Positions 15,027 to 23,490 are shown, numbered from the stretch's first letter. The stretch is 42,034 nt of DNA from an uncultured Candidatus Saccharibacteria bacterium (GCA_964530855.1 CAZHBV010000001.1:1-42034), one strand, 5' to 3'. Translations and numbers: made by a program. The notes: a model not told the origin generated them from the sequence alone.

Positions 15027-15968
15027 TTAGTTTCTTGAAACCCTTATTAAACCTGAACAAGGAATTATCTCAATTCCTCTTCTTTCTAATTCATCTAAAA
15101 ACAGATTCACTCCTAAAGAATCGGAAGACATATGGCCTGCAATTACTACATTTATCAAAGCATTTTCAGCCTCTTTTTTATGTTCCTCTGAAATATGCAT
15201 TCCGACAACTGTGCCAATTCCAACCTGAGCCATTTTTTCATAAAGTTTTGGAGAACCTTCTGTTCCTCCAGTAATTTCTGTTAAGGCAATTTTACCACAT
15301 CGGTTTTCTTTATCTCCAACAAAAATCTTAGGGCCGGCTCCAAGTTTTGTGGCTTTTTTGTACTCAGAAATTGATTTTAAGAGAGTTAAAAGATCTTTTA
15401 ATCTTTCTGGATTTTCTCTCTCAATCACTTCTTTTAAAAACCGTGCCGCTAAATTATCACAAACGGTATGAAGACACATTAAGTTTATTTTTAACAACTT
15501 TGCACAATCAACAGTTCTTTGATGATTTACCCTGTTTAGACCTCTTGCTACCTCAGAAATTCTTTCTTTCATTAATTTTTCGGCAATATTAATAGGAACT
15601 CCATATTGAGCCAATACATCGCATTGAAGTTCCATTACCTCATGTAATGTTGCAAGGGCCTTTCCTAAAGGGTGATGAGAAATTACAAGATCAACCCCCA
15701 ATTCTTTTGCCAACAAAATCTCTGCTGGCTCAATATCAATACCAACTAATACTTTTTTTATCTCTTTATCCTCGGCAATATGAAGAATTCTTGAATCTGA
15801 AAAAGGGTTTTCCAAACTCTCTAAATCAAACTCTTCTTTCTCTTCTTCTGACATTTTTTCATACACTTCTTTTCTTCTTTGAAGTAACTTCTCAATACCA
15901 GCCCTCCCTCTAAAATCGCTTTCTATTCCTTTTTGAATTGCTAATTTGTAGATTTCTCGAATCAGCAT
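15027..15968 (-). CDS. NIF3-like (dinuclear metal centre) family protein
   Basis: 313 aa with VDLVISHHPL and VIAGHMSSDSLG, consistent with the NIF3/YbgI family. The N-terminal ~60 aa are atypical. Confidence 0.5.
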   Translation of the reverse strand: MLIREIYKLAIQKGIESDFRGRAGIEKLLQRRKEVYEKMSEEEKEEFDLESLENPFSDSRILHIAEDKEIKKVLVGIDIEPAEILLAKELGVDLVISHHPLGKALATLHEVMELQCDVLAQYGVPINIAEKLMKERISEVARGLNRVNHQRTVDCAKLLKINLMCLHTVCDNLAARFLKEVIERENPERLKDLLTLLKSISEYKKATKLGAGPKIFVGDKENRCGKIALTEITGGTEGSPKLYEKMAQVGIGTVVGMHISEEHKKEAENALINVVIAGHMSSDSLGVNLFLDELERRGIEIIPCSGLIRVSRN

Positions 15969-15977
15969 AGTTAAAAA

Positions 15978-16142
15978 TCAATTTTTTAATGATTGCTTTT
16001 TAGAAGAATTGGGATTAAGAAATTTTTTATAAAGCTCTTGAATTAACCTTTCTTGTTCTTCTACATCAAAAACCTCTCGCCTAATGCAAGCTTTCTTTCT
16101 CCTTAAATATTTCCTGACACTTTTTGGAAGTCTTCTTTTCAT
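15978..16142 (-). CDS. Possible small basic protein (54 aa), unannotated in the ORF track
   Basis: My translation gives MKRRLPKSVRKYLRRKKACIRREVFDVEEQERLIQELYKKFLNPNSSKKQSLKN. It fills the gap between rtcB and the NIF3-like gene on the same strand. I recognise no family. Confidence 0.3.
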   Translation of the reverse strand: MKRRLPKSVRKYLRRKKACIRREVFDVEEQERLIQELYKKFLNPNSSKKQSLKN

Positions 16143-16221
16143 AAATCATCGAATAATTTACCTTCTTTGAATTTTCGAAATATTTACTTTGCATTTTGAA
16201 ATTTAAATTTTTAATTCCTTT

Positions 16222-19200
16222 TTACTCTCCTTTAATTACTGCCAAAGGCACAAGTCTTGCAACTTTTTTAGAAAGTCCTGCTTTGTGCACCACATCTACT
16301 ACTTCATCTACATTTTTATAAGCCTGGGGTGCTTCTTCTGCCACACCTTTAAAAGAATAGCATTTTACAATAATTCCTTTTTGCTCTAATGTTTCTACCA
16401 CATTTCTCCCAGAAATTGTTTTAATGGCTTTAGCGCGAGACATAGTTCTACCTGCACCATGACAAACTGTATGCCATGCCTCTTTTGATTTCTCTTCTCC
16501 CACAAGAACATAAGATGCTGTTCCCATTGACCCCGGAATAATTACCGGCTGCCCAGTTTCTTTATATTTTTCGGGAAGTTCTGAGTGTCCCGGAGGAAAG
16601 GCTCTTGTTGCTCCTTTTCGATGGACAATTAGTTTCATTTTCTTTCCATCAACCTCATGCTCTTCAATTTTGGCAATATTGTGCGCGACATCATACAAAA
16701 GTGTTAATTTTGCACTCTCGCCTAAAACTTTCTTCCAGGCTTTTCTTACATAATAAGAAATCATATGCCGATTTGCCCAGGCAAAATTACAGGCAGCCGA
16801 CATTGCCCTAAAAAACCTTTGCCCCTCCGGAGAATTAAAAGGAACACAGCACAATTCTTTATCTGGTAATCTTATTCCATATTTTGGATAAATAGGCATC
16901 AAAATTCTTAAGTAATCTGTGCAGTTTTGATGGCCTAAGCCTCGAGAACCTGTATGAATTAATACTACAACCTGCCCTTTGAATAAACCAAATTTCTTTG
17001 CGACTTCCTCATCATAAATTTCATCTACCCTATCAATTTCGCAGAAATGATTTCCGGATCCGAGAGTTCCAACTTGATTTCTCCCTCTGTTTTTGGCTTT
17101 CTCTGAAACGCAACTTGCATCGGCTGTCTCCATTCTTCCTTTGTACTCACAATTCTCAACATCTTCTTTTTCTCCATAACCTTTTTCCACCAAATAAGGC
17201 ACTCCTCCTTCTAAAATTCTGTTAATTTGCTCAATTGATAACTTAACTTTCCTTCCTCTTCCCAACCCAGATGGAACTTCTTTTTGAATCTCTTCTGCTA
17301 ATTTATCTAAATAAGGCCTGATTTCTTTTTCTGTATATTCTGATTTTAGCAATCTAACCCCGCAGTTCTGATCAAATCCGATTCCGCCAGGAGAAATTGC
17401 TCCATCTGGAAATTTGGTAGCAGCAACTCCTCCAATACAATTTGAAACCACAAAGTTATTAGCAATAAAATTATGAGAAGGATGGTTTATAGTAAAATCA
17501 TAAACCCAATCTTTATGAGAAATCCTTTTAATTTCTGCAATTTCATCCCATACTATCCCACTTTTACCTAATTTAGAAGTTACTGTTTTAAAATACTCTT
17601 GAAAAGTGGGAAAATTAGCAGGAACCTGAGGAGAAATATTCTTCAATCTTTTATTAATTTTCCAACACACATCAATTATAAATCTTTTTGTTAAAGGATT
17701 GCCGGTAGCAAGTTGCAAGGCTATTCTCTGGTAACTTAAACCTTTTTTTAATAAATTAGGAACAATTTTGTCAATTACTTCTCTTTTCTCTTCTAATATT
17801 TTTTGTTTGTATTTGAGATATTGAAGGGCAACATTAGCGACAAAACTGCGTTTTTTATTATATTCAAAACCAATTTTGGACCAGAGATTAATTAAACTTT
17901 CTATTTTTGAAGAAAAAACTAAATCTAATCCCCAAGAAATCTCCCCCTTAACATTAATATGCTTTTTTCGCTGCTTTATATAAATTGTTTCCACGCCAAA
18001 TTCTTTAAGAAGTTTAGATATATCTTCTAAAAACAACCTACCATTAGAAATTAACTTTTCAGCCTTATTCATTTGTAATACTGGGCAATTAAACATCGTT
18101 TTTCTTCCTTTTCTTGGATGAGGAGTTCTTAACTCTGCTCCAAAAAAACTAGCAAGAAACAATCGCTTTTGCCACAAAGGACATTTAAAAATCCATTTTG
18201 GAACTCGATATCTCTGAAACACTTTTTTACCTTTTGGCACCCCTAAGGTTTGAAGAAGCACCAAGAAACTGCTTGCGTTCACACAAAAAGAGTGCTTGAT
18301 ATAAATTTTCTTATTTCCTTTATAGATTCTTTCTTCCTTTTGAATATGAATTGGCGAAGGAGTATAGCCAATTTTTTTAATGTCTTTTCTAATCTCTTCT
18401 AAATCTTCTTTCTTTCCAAAAAATCCCACAATTCCATCACCTCTCTTTCCAATAAAATTCATTGTTCCATCACCAAAAACAAATCCCATTATTTTTAGAA
18501 GATAAGGAAGTTTGGGATGGTTGTAAGTTAAAGGCAGAAGAGAGCGTTTTTTTAATTTTTGTAAAATTATTCTAAATCGAGGAGTGTCTTCTTTAACACC
18601 TATTTTATTAAGAGTTTTTTTAATATCCTTTTCGTCAATTATAATCTCATTTGAAGGCTCCTCATAAGGAACTCCTTCAAAAGGGAAAATTGCAATTTTA
18701 TCTCCGGGATTTAGCTTTTCTAAAACCATCATTCCTTTAGGAGTATAAAATGGATGGTCTCCAGTAGCCACAATTTCTCTACCAGTTTTAGTAATTACTT
18801 TAAATACTTTACTTTTTGGTTTTATTTTCAAGAATTTTTGAATTGAGGCCTCAACTAACTTTTTTAATTTAAAATCTACAATTTTTAAAGTAAAATCTTT
18901 CTCCTTTTTCTGAAAATCCTTAATTGGAAGATAAAAACCAAAATTACTCAAAATTTTAGTGTCTCCTTTTAAACAAAAACCATAGCCCTCATGGGCATCT
19001 GGCATCGCTAAAGCATATTTTACAATTCCTGGAAGAGTAGTGATGTTTACCAATTGATGAAGTGATTTATCTCTAAAACAGTCTTCCAACAATTTCTTGG
19101 ATGCATAAATTCTTGCCGGGACTCTCATATCCGACCTGAAACTTTTTGGAATTTCCCAAAGATAATCGTTAATTTTTATAAAATCTTTTTTAGAAATCAT
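16222..19200 (-). CDS. rtcB: RNA 3'-phosphate/2',3'-cyclic phosphate ligase RtcB, interrupted by an intein
   Basis: The 75-aa N-extein (...YALAMPDAHEGYGF) plus the 405-aa C-extein (CIGGVAATKF...GFDQNCGVRL...GSGNHF...IHTGSRGLGH...HNIA...HRKGAT...GSMG...CHGAGR) add up to 480 aa, a normal RtcB length with its metal and GMP-His motifs. Confidence 0.95.
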   Translation of the reverse strand: MISKKDFIKINDYLWEIPKSFRSDMRVPARIYASKKLLEDCFRDKSLHQLVNITTLPGIVKYALAMPDAHEGYGFCLKGDTKILSNFGFYLPIKDFQKKEKDFTLKIVDFKLKKLVEASIQKFLKIKPKSKVFKVITKTGREIVATGDHPFYTPKGMMVLEKLNPGDKIAIFPFEGVPYEEPSNEIIIDEKDIKKTLNKIGVKEDTPRFRIILQKLKKRSLLPLTYNHPKLPYLLKIMGFVFGDGTMNFIGKRGDGIVGFFGKKEDLEEIRKDIKKIGYTPSPIHIQKEERIYKGNKKIYIKHSFCVNASSFLVLLQTLGVPKGKKVFQRYRVPKWIFKCPLWQKRLFLASFFGAELRTPHPRKGRKTMFNCPVLQMNKAEKLISNGRLFLEDISKLLKEFGVETIYIKQRKKHINVKGEISWGLDLVFSSKIESLINLWSKIGFEYNKKRSFVANVALQYLKYKQKILEEKREVIDKIVPNLLKKGLSYQRIALQLATGNPLTKRFIIDVCWKINKRLKNISPQVPANFPTFQEYFKTVTSKLGKSGIVWDEIAEIKRISHKDWVYDFTINHPSHNFIANNFVVSNCIGGVAATKFPDGAISPGGIGFDQNCGVRLLKSEYTEKEIRPYLDKLAEEIQKEVPSGLGRGRKVKLSIEQINRILEGGVPYLVEKGYGEKEDVENCEYKGRMETADASCVSEKAKNRGRNQVGTLGSGNHFCEIDRVDEIYDEEVAKKFGLFKGQVVVLIHTGSRGLGHQNCTDYLRILMPIYPKYGIRLPDKELCCVPFNSPEGQRFFRAMSAACNFAWANRHMISYYVRKAWKKVLGESAKLTLLYDVAHNIAKIEEHEVDGKKMKLIVHRKGATRAFPPGHSELPEKYKETGQPVIIPGSMGTASYVLVGEEKSKEAWHTVCHGAGRTMSRAKAIKTISGRNVVETLEQKGIIVKCYSFKGVAEEAPQAYKNVDEVVDVVHKAGLSKKVARLVPLAVIKGE
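17440..18975 (-). mobile_element. 512-aa intein with a LAGLIDADG homing-endonuclease domain inside rtcB
   Basis: It begins CLKGDTKIL (block A Cys1), has block B IVATGDHPFYT, two dodecapeptide motifs (LLKIMGFVFGDGTM and RLFLASFFGAELRT) and block F/G VYDFTINHPSHNFIANNFVVSN. The +1 residue is the Cys of CIGGV. Codon boundaries were checked on the DNA (TGT at 18975-18973, AAT at 17442-17440). Confidence 0.9.
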
Positions 19201-19221
19201 GGTTGATACTCTATTATATCT

Positions 19222-19252
19222 AAAAAAAATAGAGGGACAAGTGCCCCTCTAT
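19222..19252 (-). terminator. Rho-independent terminator between the unknown 356-aa gene and rtcB
   Basis: On the minus strand: ATAGAGGG-GCACTTGT-CCCTCTAT followed by TTTTTTTT. The stem includes the TAG stop (19249-19251) of the upstream gene. Confidence 0.65.
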
Positions 19253-20319
19253 CTCACGTATCTTTCTACCTCTGCCTCTTTAAATAAAGAGACGCATTTT
19301 TTCCAAAATTCGCTCTGGGTATCAACTATGTAATAGACCTTCTCTCCTTCTATCTTTTTAATAAAATCTGTCTCATCTATAAGCGCCCCAAGGGCTAATT
19401 GCAGGTTATCTTTTGAAACTATCTTTTTAAGGTTATCATTTCTCCAAATAGCCTCATTTGCGTAAAGATAAGTCTCCCAGATAGTATTTACTAAATTATG
19501 AAAACCTCTTTTATGGGTCTTTGTCTTAAGTTCCGGAAGAGCCCTTATTACAATTAGAAGAAATAACTCATATGGATCTTCAGAAGGTATGGTAAGCCTC
19601 TCTTTCTTTATTCTCTGAACTATTAATGTAAATGGATTTTCTTCTAAAGCCATGGGGTGTTTCTCTCCTCTTTTTTGAAGCCTGATAAAATATCTTCTCT
19701 CTGGATCCTTTATTAGCCTTCCCTCAAGGCTCATGGAAATTAAATTCTTTTCTTTAAAGAAAGATGCTATTTCTCTGGATCTTCGCATCAACCTTTGGTC
19801 GTTTGTAATTAGGAAAATTGTATCAATTCTTTCATTTGGAAAGAGACTGTTTTCCAACAATTTTGTTATTCTCTCATCGGCATCCGTGCAAGAAATGCAT
19901 ATAAACCCGGCTTCCTCGAGCATATTTCTTGTTCCGTCTGAAAGGTATCCCTCACAAAAGGCGAAGGCTCCTATCTGAGGCTTTCCTGTTAATTCTACTA
20001 AACGATCAATCAATCTTTGTCCTGGAAAATTTAGTTTTTCGTCTCTCAAAGCAAGATACAAATTTAGCCAATCTAAAACAACTGCAAACCCTTTTTGAAA
20101 GGATGGTTGAGATATTAATTTGTCAAAGATCTTTTGATTCTCTTCTAATATATTTACAAGCGTATCCTGGTTTCTTTGAACTTGATAGATTATCTTTTTC
20201 AGTTCTTCAACAGATCTATCGATTTTTTCAGTCATTTTACTAAAAGACTCTATCTTCCTTTCTAAATCCTTCAACCATCGACTAAAAAACTCCTGAAGAT
20301 TTTTTCTCATTTCCTTCAC
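19249..20319 (-). CDS. Uncharacterised protein: N-terminal coiled coil, PIN-like (NYN / YacP-Rae1-like) putative nuclease domain, and a C-terminal possible winged-helix domain
   Basis: 356 aa. FAVVLDWLNLY (D-x-x-N), ICISCTDADERITKLL and TIFLITNDQRLMRR reproduce the acidic-residue spacing of NYN/YacP domains. The first ~70 aa are heptad-like. A strong SD (AGGAGGTGA) lies 7 nt before the ATG. Confidence 0.4.
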   Translation of the reverse strand: MKEMRKNLQEFFSRWLKDLERKIESFSKMTEKIDRSVEELKKIIYQVQRNQDTLVNILEENQKIFDKLISQPSFQKGFAVVLDWLNLYLALRDEKLNFPGQRLIDRLVELTGKPQIGAFAFCEGYLSDGTRNMLEEAGFICISCTDADERITKLLENSLFPNERIDTIFLITNDQRLMRRSREIASFFKEKNLISMSLEGRLIKDPERRYFIRLQKRGEKHPMALEENPFTLIVQRIKKERLTIPSEDPYELFLLIVIRALPELKTKTHKRGFHNLVNTIWETYLYANEAIWRNDNLKKIVSKDNLQLALGALIDETDFIKKIEGEKVYYIVDTQSEFWKKCVSLFKEAEVERYVR

Positions 20320-20383
20320 CTCCTGTTCTATTATCTTTTTAACCCCTCAAATAAATTTTGCAAGGGTTATTAAGACTGTCTTT

Positions 20384-20788
20384 TTAAACATCAAACAGAA
20401 TTATTGCTACATAATCTCCTTTTTTCTCTTTAATCTCTAAGTCATGATAGGTAACCCCTTTAATAATTAATTCTTTCTTTTTTATTTTTTTTCCAAAAAG
20501 TTCTCCCTCAAGGGTATTATCAGAGAATTTTTTAAATTTTATATTAAAATAAGCTTCGTTCTCTGTTTCGCTTAAATATAAAATCTCACTTAAAAAATCT
20601 ACAAGAAGTTGTAGAATATCTGGAGATTGAATTTTAATCTTTCTCTTGACTACTTTTCCCTCCGACTTTATTCCGGCTGCTTCAAACATCGCTCTCATCG
20701 CATTTAAAAAAAGTTCTCTTTTTGAGGAGCCAAAAACTTTTATTTTTAAATCTGCTTTATGAGGAAGAATTTCGAAAAATTTTTTCAT
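20384..20788 (-). CDS. Archease (RtcB activator)
   Basis: 134 aa. FEILPHKADLKIKVFGSSKRELFLNAMRAMFEA at the N-terminus and IKGVTYHDLEIKEKKGDYVAIILFDV at the C-terminus match the archease pattern (HTADi...G / KavTYH.l.v.....a.vv.DV). Confidence 0.8.
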   Translation of the reverse strand: MKKFFEILPHKADLKIKVFGSSKRELFLNAMRAMFEAAGIKSEGKVVKRKIKIQSPDILQLLVDFLSEILYLSETENEAYFNIKFKKFSDNTLEGELFGKKIKKKELIIKGVTYHDLEIKEKKGDYVAIILFDV

Positions 20789-20812
20789 AATTTAGTTACC
20801 GATTATTGTTTA

Positions 20813-21637
20813 TCAAATATTAATCCATAATTTTTTGGCCCAAATAAATTGGGGGACATCTTTTTCTTTTATCTTGGCCAAAGAAGGATCAATTTTTTTA
20901 AGTAGCAAAAATCCTGCTTTGTCTAATTCAAAAGGGTCTTTTCCTGCTAACATATATCCCAAATCCCTTTCTTTACCTCCATGTCTTTTTTCTTGAGCGA
21001 AAATTAAAGTTTTGATTGCATCAACAATAAAAAAATCAACCTTTTTAACTTTATTTAAAAGCACAATCGCCTTATTTATATTTTTAAACGGTAAATGATA
21101 ATAAAGTTTCTTTTTTGGCGCCAAAAATCCATATTGATTTTTAAAAGCACCGGTAATTTTGCAAACCCGATGGGTTTTCAAAACAGGTAAAGAAATGATA
21201 TAGTCAAATTCAAAAATTATCTCTGGAATCGAAAAACTATAACCTTCAATTTCAATTTTTTTCTTTGGAAGTTTATTTAAGTTGAGACATAAAACTCCAA
21301 AATCATCACAAACTTTTTTAATGGGATGGTTTTGAATAATCTTATCTGAATCTCCTGCATCAAAGGCAGGACCGTCTGCAACTACTATTTCTTCTCTCTT
21401 CTTTATCTCTAAAAGAAGTTTTAGACATTCTTTTATTGTTTCTGGGTGGGTTGTTGTTGGATATTCCTCATATGAAACAATATTTGGTTTTAAAAGGATT
21501 TTCTTTTTATTTTTTACTCCTTCAAAAATTCTTCCCCACAAAAATGCTTCTTTGATAAATTCTCTTCTTTTTCTTGTTTCTTTAAGAAGAATTTCCATAA
21601 ATTTTTTTAAATTCTTCTTTAATAATCCTTCTCTCAT
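20813..21637 (-). CDS. DUF362 domain protein
   Basis: ILLKPNIVSYEEYPTTTHPETIKECLKLLLE is the characteristic DUF362 N-terminal motif. The track ORF starts at 21682, which would overlap the upstream Mur ligase gene by 101 nt. Internal Met codons at 21637 or 21598 are more plausible starts. Confidence 0.6.
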   Translation of the reverse strand: MREGLLKKNLKKFMEILLKETRKRREFIKEAFLWGRIFEGVKNKKKILLKPNIVSYEEYPTTTHPETIKECLKLLLEIKKREEIVVADGPAFDAGDSDKIIQNHPIKKVCDDFGVLCLNLNKLPKKKIEIEGYSFSIPEIIFEFDYIISLPVLKTHRVCKITGAFKNQYGFLAPKKKLYYHLPFKNINKAIVLLNKVKKVDFFIVDAIKTLIFAQEKRHGGKERDLGYMLAGKDPFELDKAGFLLLKKIDPSLAKIKEKDVPQFIWAKKLWINI

Positions 21638-22892
21638 TCCAGGGAATCTTTTTTCCTTTTTTGAAACACACCCATGGCTCACATCCTTTACCGGTGATAA
21701 TTACAACATCATTTTCTTTTGCTGTTTTGAGCGCCTTTTTTATTGCTTCTTTTCTGTTAATAATTTTCTCAACTTTTTCTTTTTGTCGAATTCCTTTTTC
21801 AATATCCTCCAAGATCTTTCTTGGATCCTCATCGTAAGGATCTTCGTTTGTCAAAATAATCTTCTGACAATACCGCGAGGCAATTTCTCCTAATTTTGGT
21901 CTTTTTTGTTTGTCTCGCCCTCCCCCACATGCACCAAATACACAAATCATTTTGTTTGGAGAAAATAAAGTTTGAATTTCTCGATATACTTCTTCTAAAC
22001 TCTCTGGCACAACTGCGTAGTCAATAATAACCAAAAAGGGATGCTCTATGACAATTTCCATTCTTCCGGGTATGTTACTTATTTTCTCCAAACCCATTTT
22101 AGATGTTTCTATATCTATTTGTTGAGAGAGGGCGCATGCTATGGCTGCTAAAGCATTGTAGATATTGAATTTACCTAATAGTTTTAAATGAATTTTTGAA
22201 CCCTTCAGAAAAAAACTTATCCCATCTTGCGATTCAACTATATCTTTGGCTTTAACAACTTCATCTACTTCATTAAAGAGTTCTTTCTTTGTCTCTCTGC
22301 ATGAAGTTTCCTGACAAAACCCGTATTTCTTTTTTGCTGGAAATTGTAGGAAGTATTCTGCGTTTTTATCATCGAGATTGACTATATGAATGTTCTTTGT
22401 GACTTTAAATAATTTTGCTTTTGCTTTTCTGTAATTCTCGAACCCTCTATGGGCTTCTATGTGCTCGGGTAAAAGGTTTGTGAGAATGGCTACATCAAAT
22501 TTTATGAATCTGTGCCTATGTTGGAGAATACCTTGAGAAGTAACTTCCAAGACCACATAATCACACCCTGCTTTTTTTGCTTCTCTTAAAAATCTCTGGA
22601 TTAAAAAACCTTCGGGCATGGTCATTTTTAGTAAATTGGGCCACTCTTTTTTATCTAATTTAAATCTAATGGAAGAAATAGAGGCTACCCTAAACCCTGC
22701 CTCTTCTAAAATTTTTGTTATAAACTCAACCGTAGTTGATTTTCCATTTGTTCCTGTAACTCCAATAACTTTAAGATTTCTTGATGGAAAACCAAAAAAC
22801 ACTGCTCCCAAAAAGGTCAGCATAAGGTGGTAGGTATTGATTAAAAAAGTGGGTAATATTCTTTTCAGAAGATTTTTTATTATAAAGATCAT
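21582..22892 (-). CDS. Mur ligase family protein, MurE-like (UDP-MurNAc-tripeptide synthetase)
   Basis: VIGVTGTNGKSTT (P-loop), GRMEIV, DYAVVPESLEEVY and VFGACGGGRDKQKRPKLGEIA correspond to the MurE central and C-terminal motifs. Confidence 0.75.
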   Translation of the reverse strand: MIFIIKNLLKRILPTFLINTYHLMLTFLGAVFFGFPSRNLKVIGVTGTNGKSTTVEFITKILEEAGFRVASISSIRFKLDKKEWPNLLKMTMPEGFLIQRFLREAKKAGCDYVVLEVTSQGILQHRHRFIKFDVAILTNLLPEHIEAHRGFENYRKAKAKLFKVTKNIHIVNLDDKNAEYFLQFPAKKKYGFCQETSCRETKKELFNEVDEVVKAKDIVESQDGISFFLKGSKIHLKLLGKFNIYNALAAIACALSQQIDIETSKMGLEKISNIPGRMEIVIEHPFLVIIDYAVVPESLEEVYREIQTLFSPNKMICVFGACGGGRDKQKRPKLGEIASRYCQKIILTNEDPYDEDPRKILEDIEKGIRQKEKVEKIINRKEAIKKALKTAKENDVVIITGKGCEPWVCFKKGKKIPWNERRIIKEEFKKIYGNSS

Positions 22893-23452
22893 CCTCCTCC
22901 AAGAATTTGCAATGCCTTTTTAATTCTCTCCTGTGGATCTTTAATTTCTGGAGGGATCCTTTTAAGAGCCTCTCTTGCTTCCTTTTTGGAAAATCCAAGA
23001 GATATTAGTGCCAAAAGGGTTTTGTCTTGTTTGGAAATTTTAGGTTGGGTTTTTTCAAGATCGCCACTAATTTCAAGAATTATCTTTTGAATCTTCTTTT
23101 TTCCAAGCCCTTTAACTTCTTGAAAATAGGAAAAATCCTTCTCCTTTATTGCCTTCATTAATTCTTCAAGAGTACCTTTTGAAGCAATTTTTAGGGAAAT
23201 TTTTGGCCCCACCCCTGGAATTTTTTCAAGCGTTTCAAAAATCTTCAACTGTTCTATATTTAGAAATCCATATAGTTCCGGTTTTTCGTTTCTTATACAA
23301 AGGTGACAGAAAACTTTTATATTCTCGCCTTCTTTAACTTGAGAAAGAGTATTTTCTCCTAAAAAAATTTTAAATCCAATTCCTTCTCTTTCCAAAAGAA
23401 GGTAATCTCTTCCTTTAAGCAAGACTCTTCCAGAAATAAATCCGATCATCAT
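22889..23452 (-). CDS. ruvA: Holliday junction DNA helicase subunit RuvA
   Basis: MIGFISGRVLLKGRDYLLLEREGIGFKI (OB domain), HhH pairs (IPGVGPKISLKI, VKGLGKKKIQKI) and C-terminal domain III. There is an ATGA overlap with the Mur ligase start. Confidence 0.9.
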   Translation of the reverse strand: MMIGFISGRVLLKGRDYLLLEREGIGFKIFLGENTLSQVKEGENIKVFCHLCIRNEKPELYGFLNIEQLKIFETLEKIPGVGPKISLKIASKGTLEELMKAIKEKDFSYFQEVKGLGKKKIQKIILEISGDLEKTQPKISKQDKTLLALISLGFSKKEAREALKRIPPEIKDPQERIKKALQILGGG

Positions 23453-23490
23453 TCTTATTTAACCACAACACCTCTTTTATAGCAAGTAAC

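Noticed and set aside
15035-15913. Plus-strand ORFs 15035-15274, 15347-15592 and 15647-15913. The same applies to 16605-16811, 16998-17225, 19733-20243, 25096-25903, 26060-26865 and 39197-39443
   Set aside because: All lie antisense to, or out of frame within, longer ORFs that carry clear family motifs. They are Leu/Phe/Ser-rich products typical of antisense translation of AT-rich coding sequence.
21582-21682. Apparent 101-nt same-strand overlap between the Mur ligase and the DUF362 gene
   Set aside because: This is most likely an artefact of taking the longest ORF. Internal Met codons at 21637 and 21598 give a DUF362 protein of normal length with little or no overlap.
22771-22998. 75-aa minus-strand ORF spanning the ruvA/Mur ligase junction
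   Set aside because: It is out of frame within two well-supported genes that are already coupled by an ATGA overlap. It has no independent signals.
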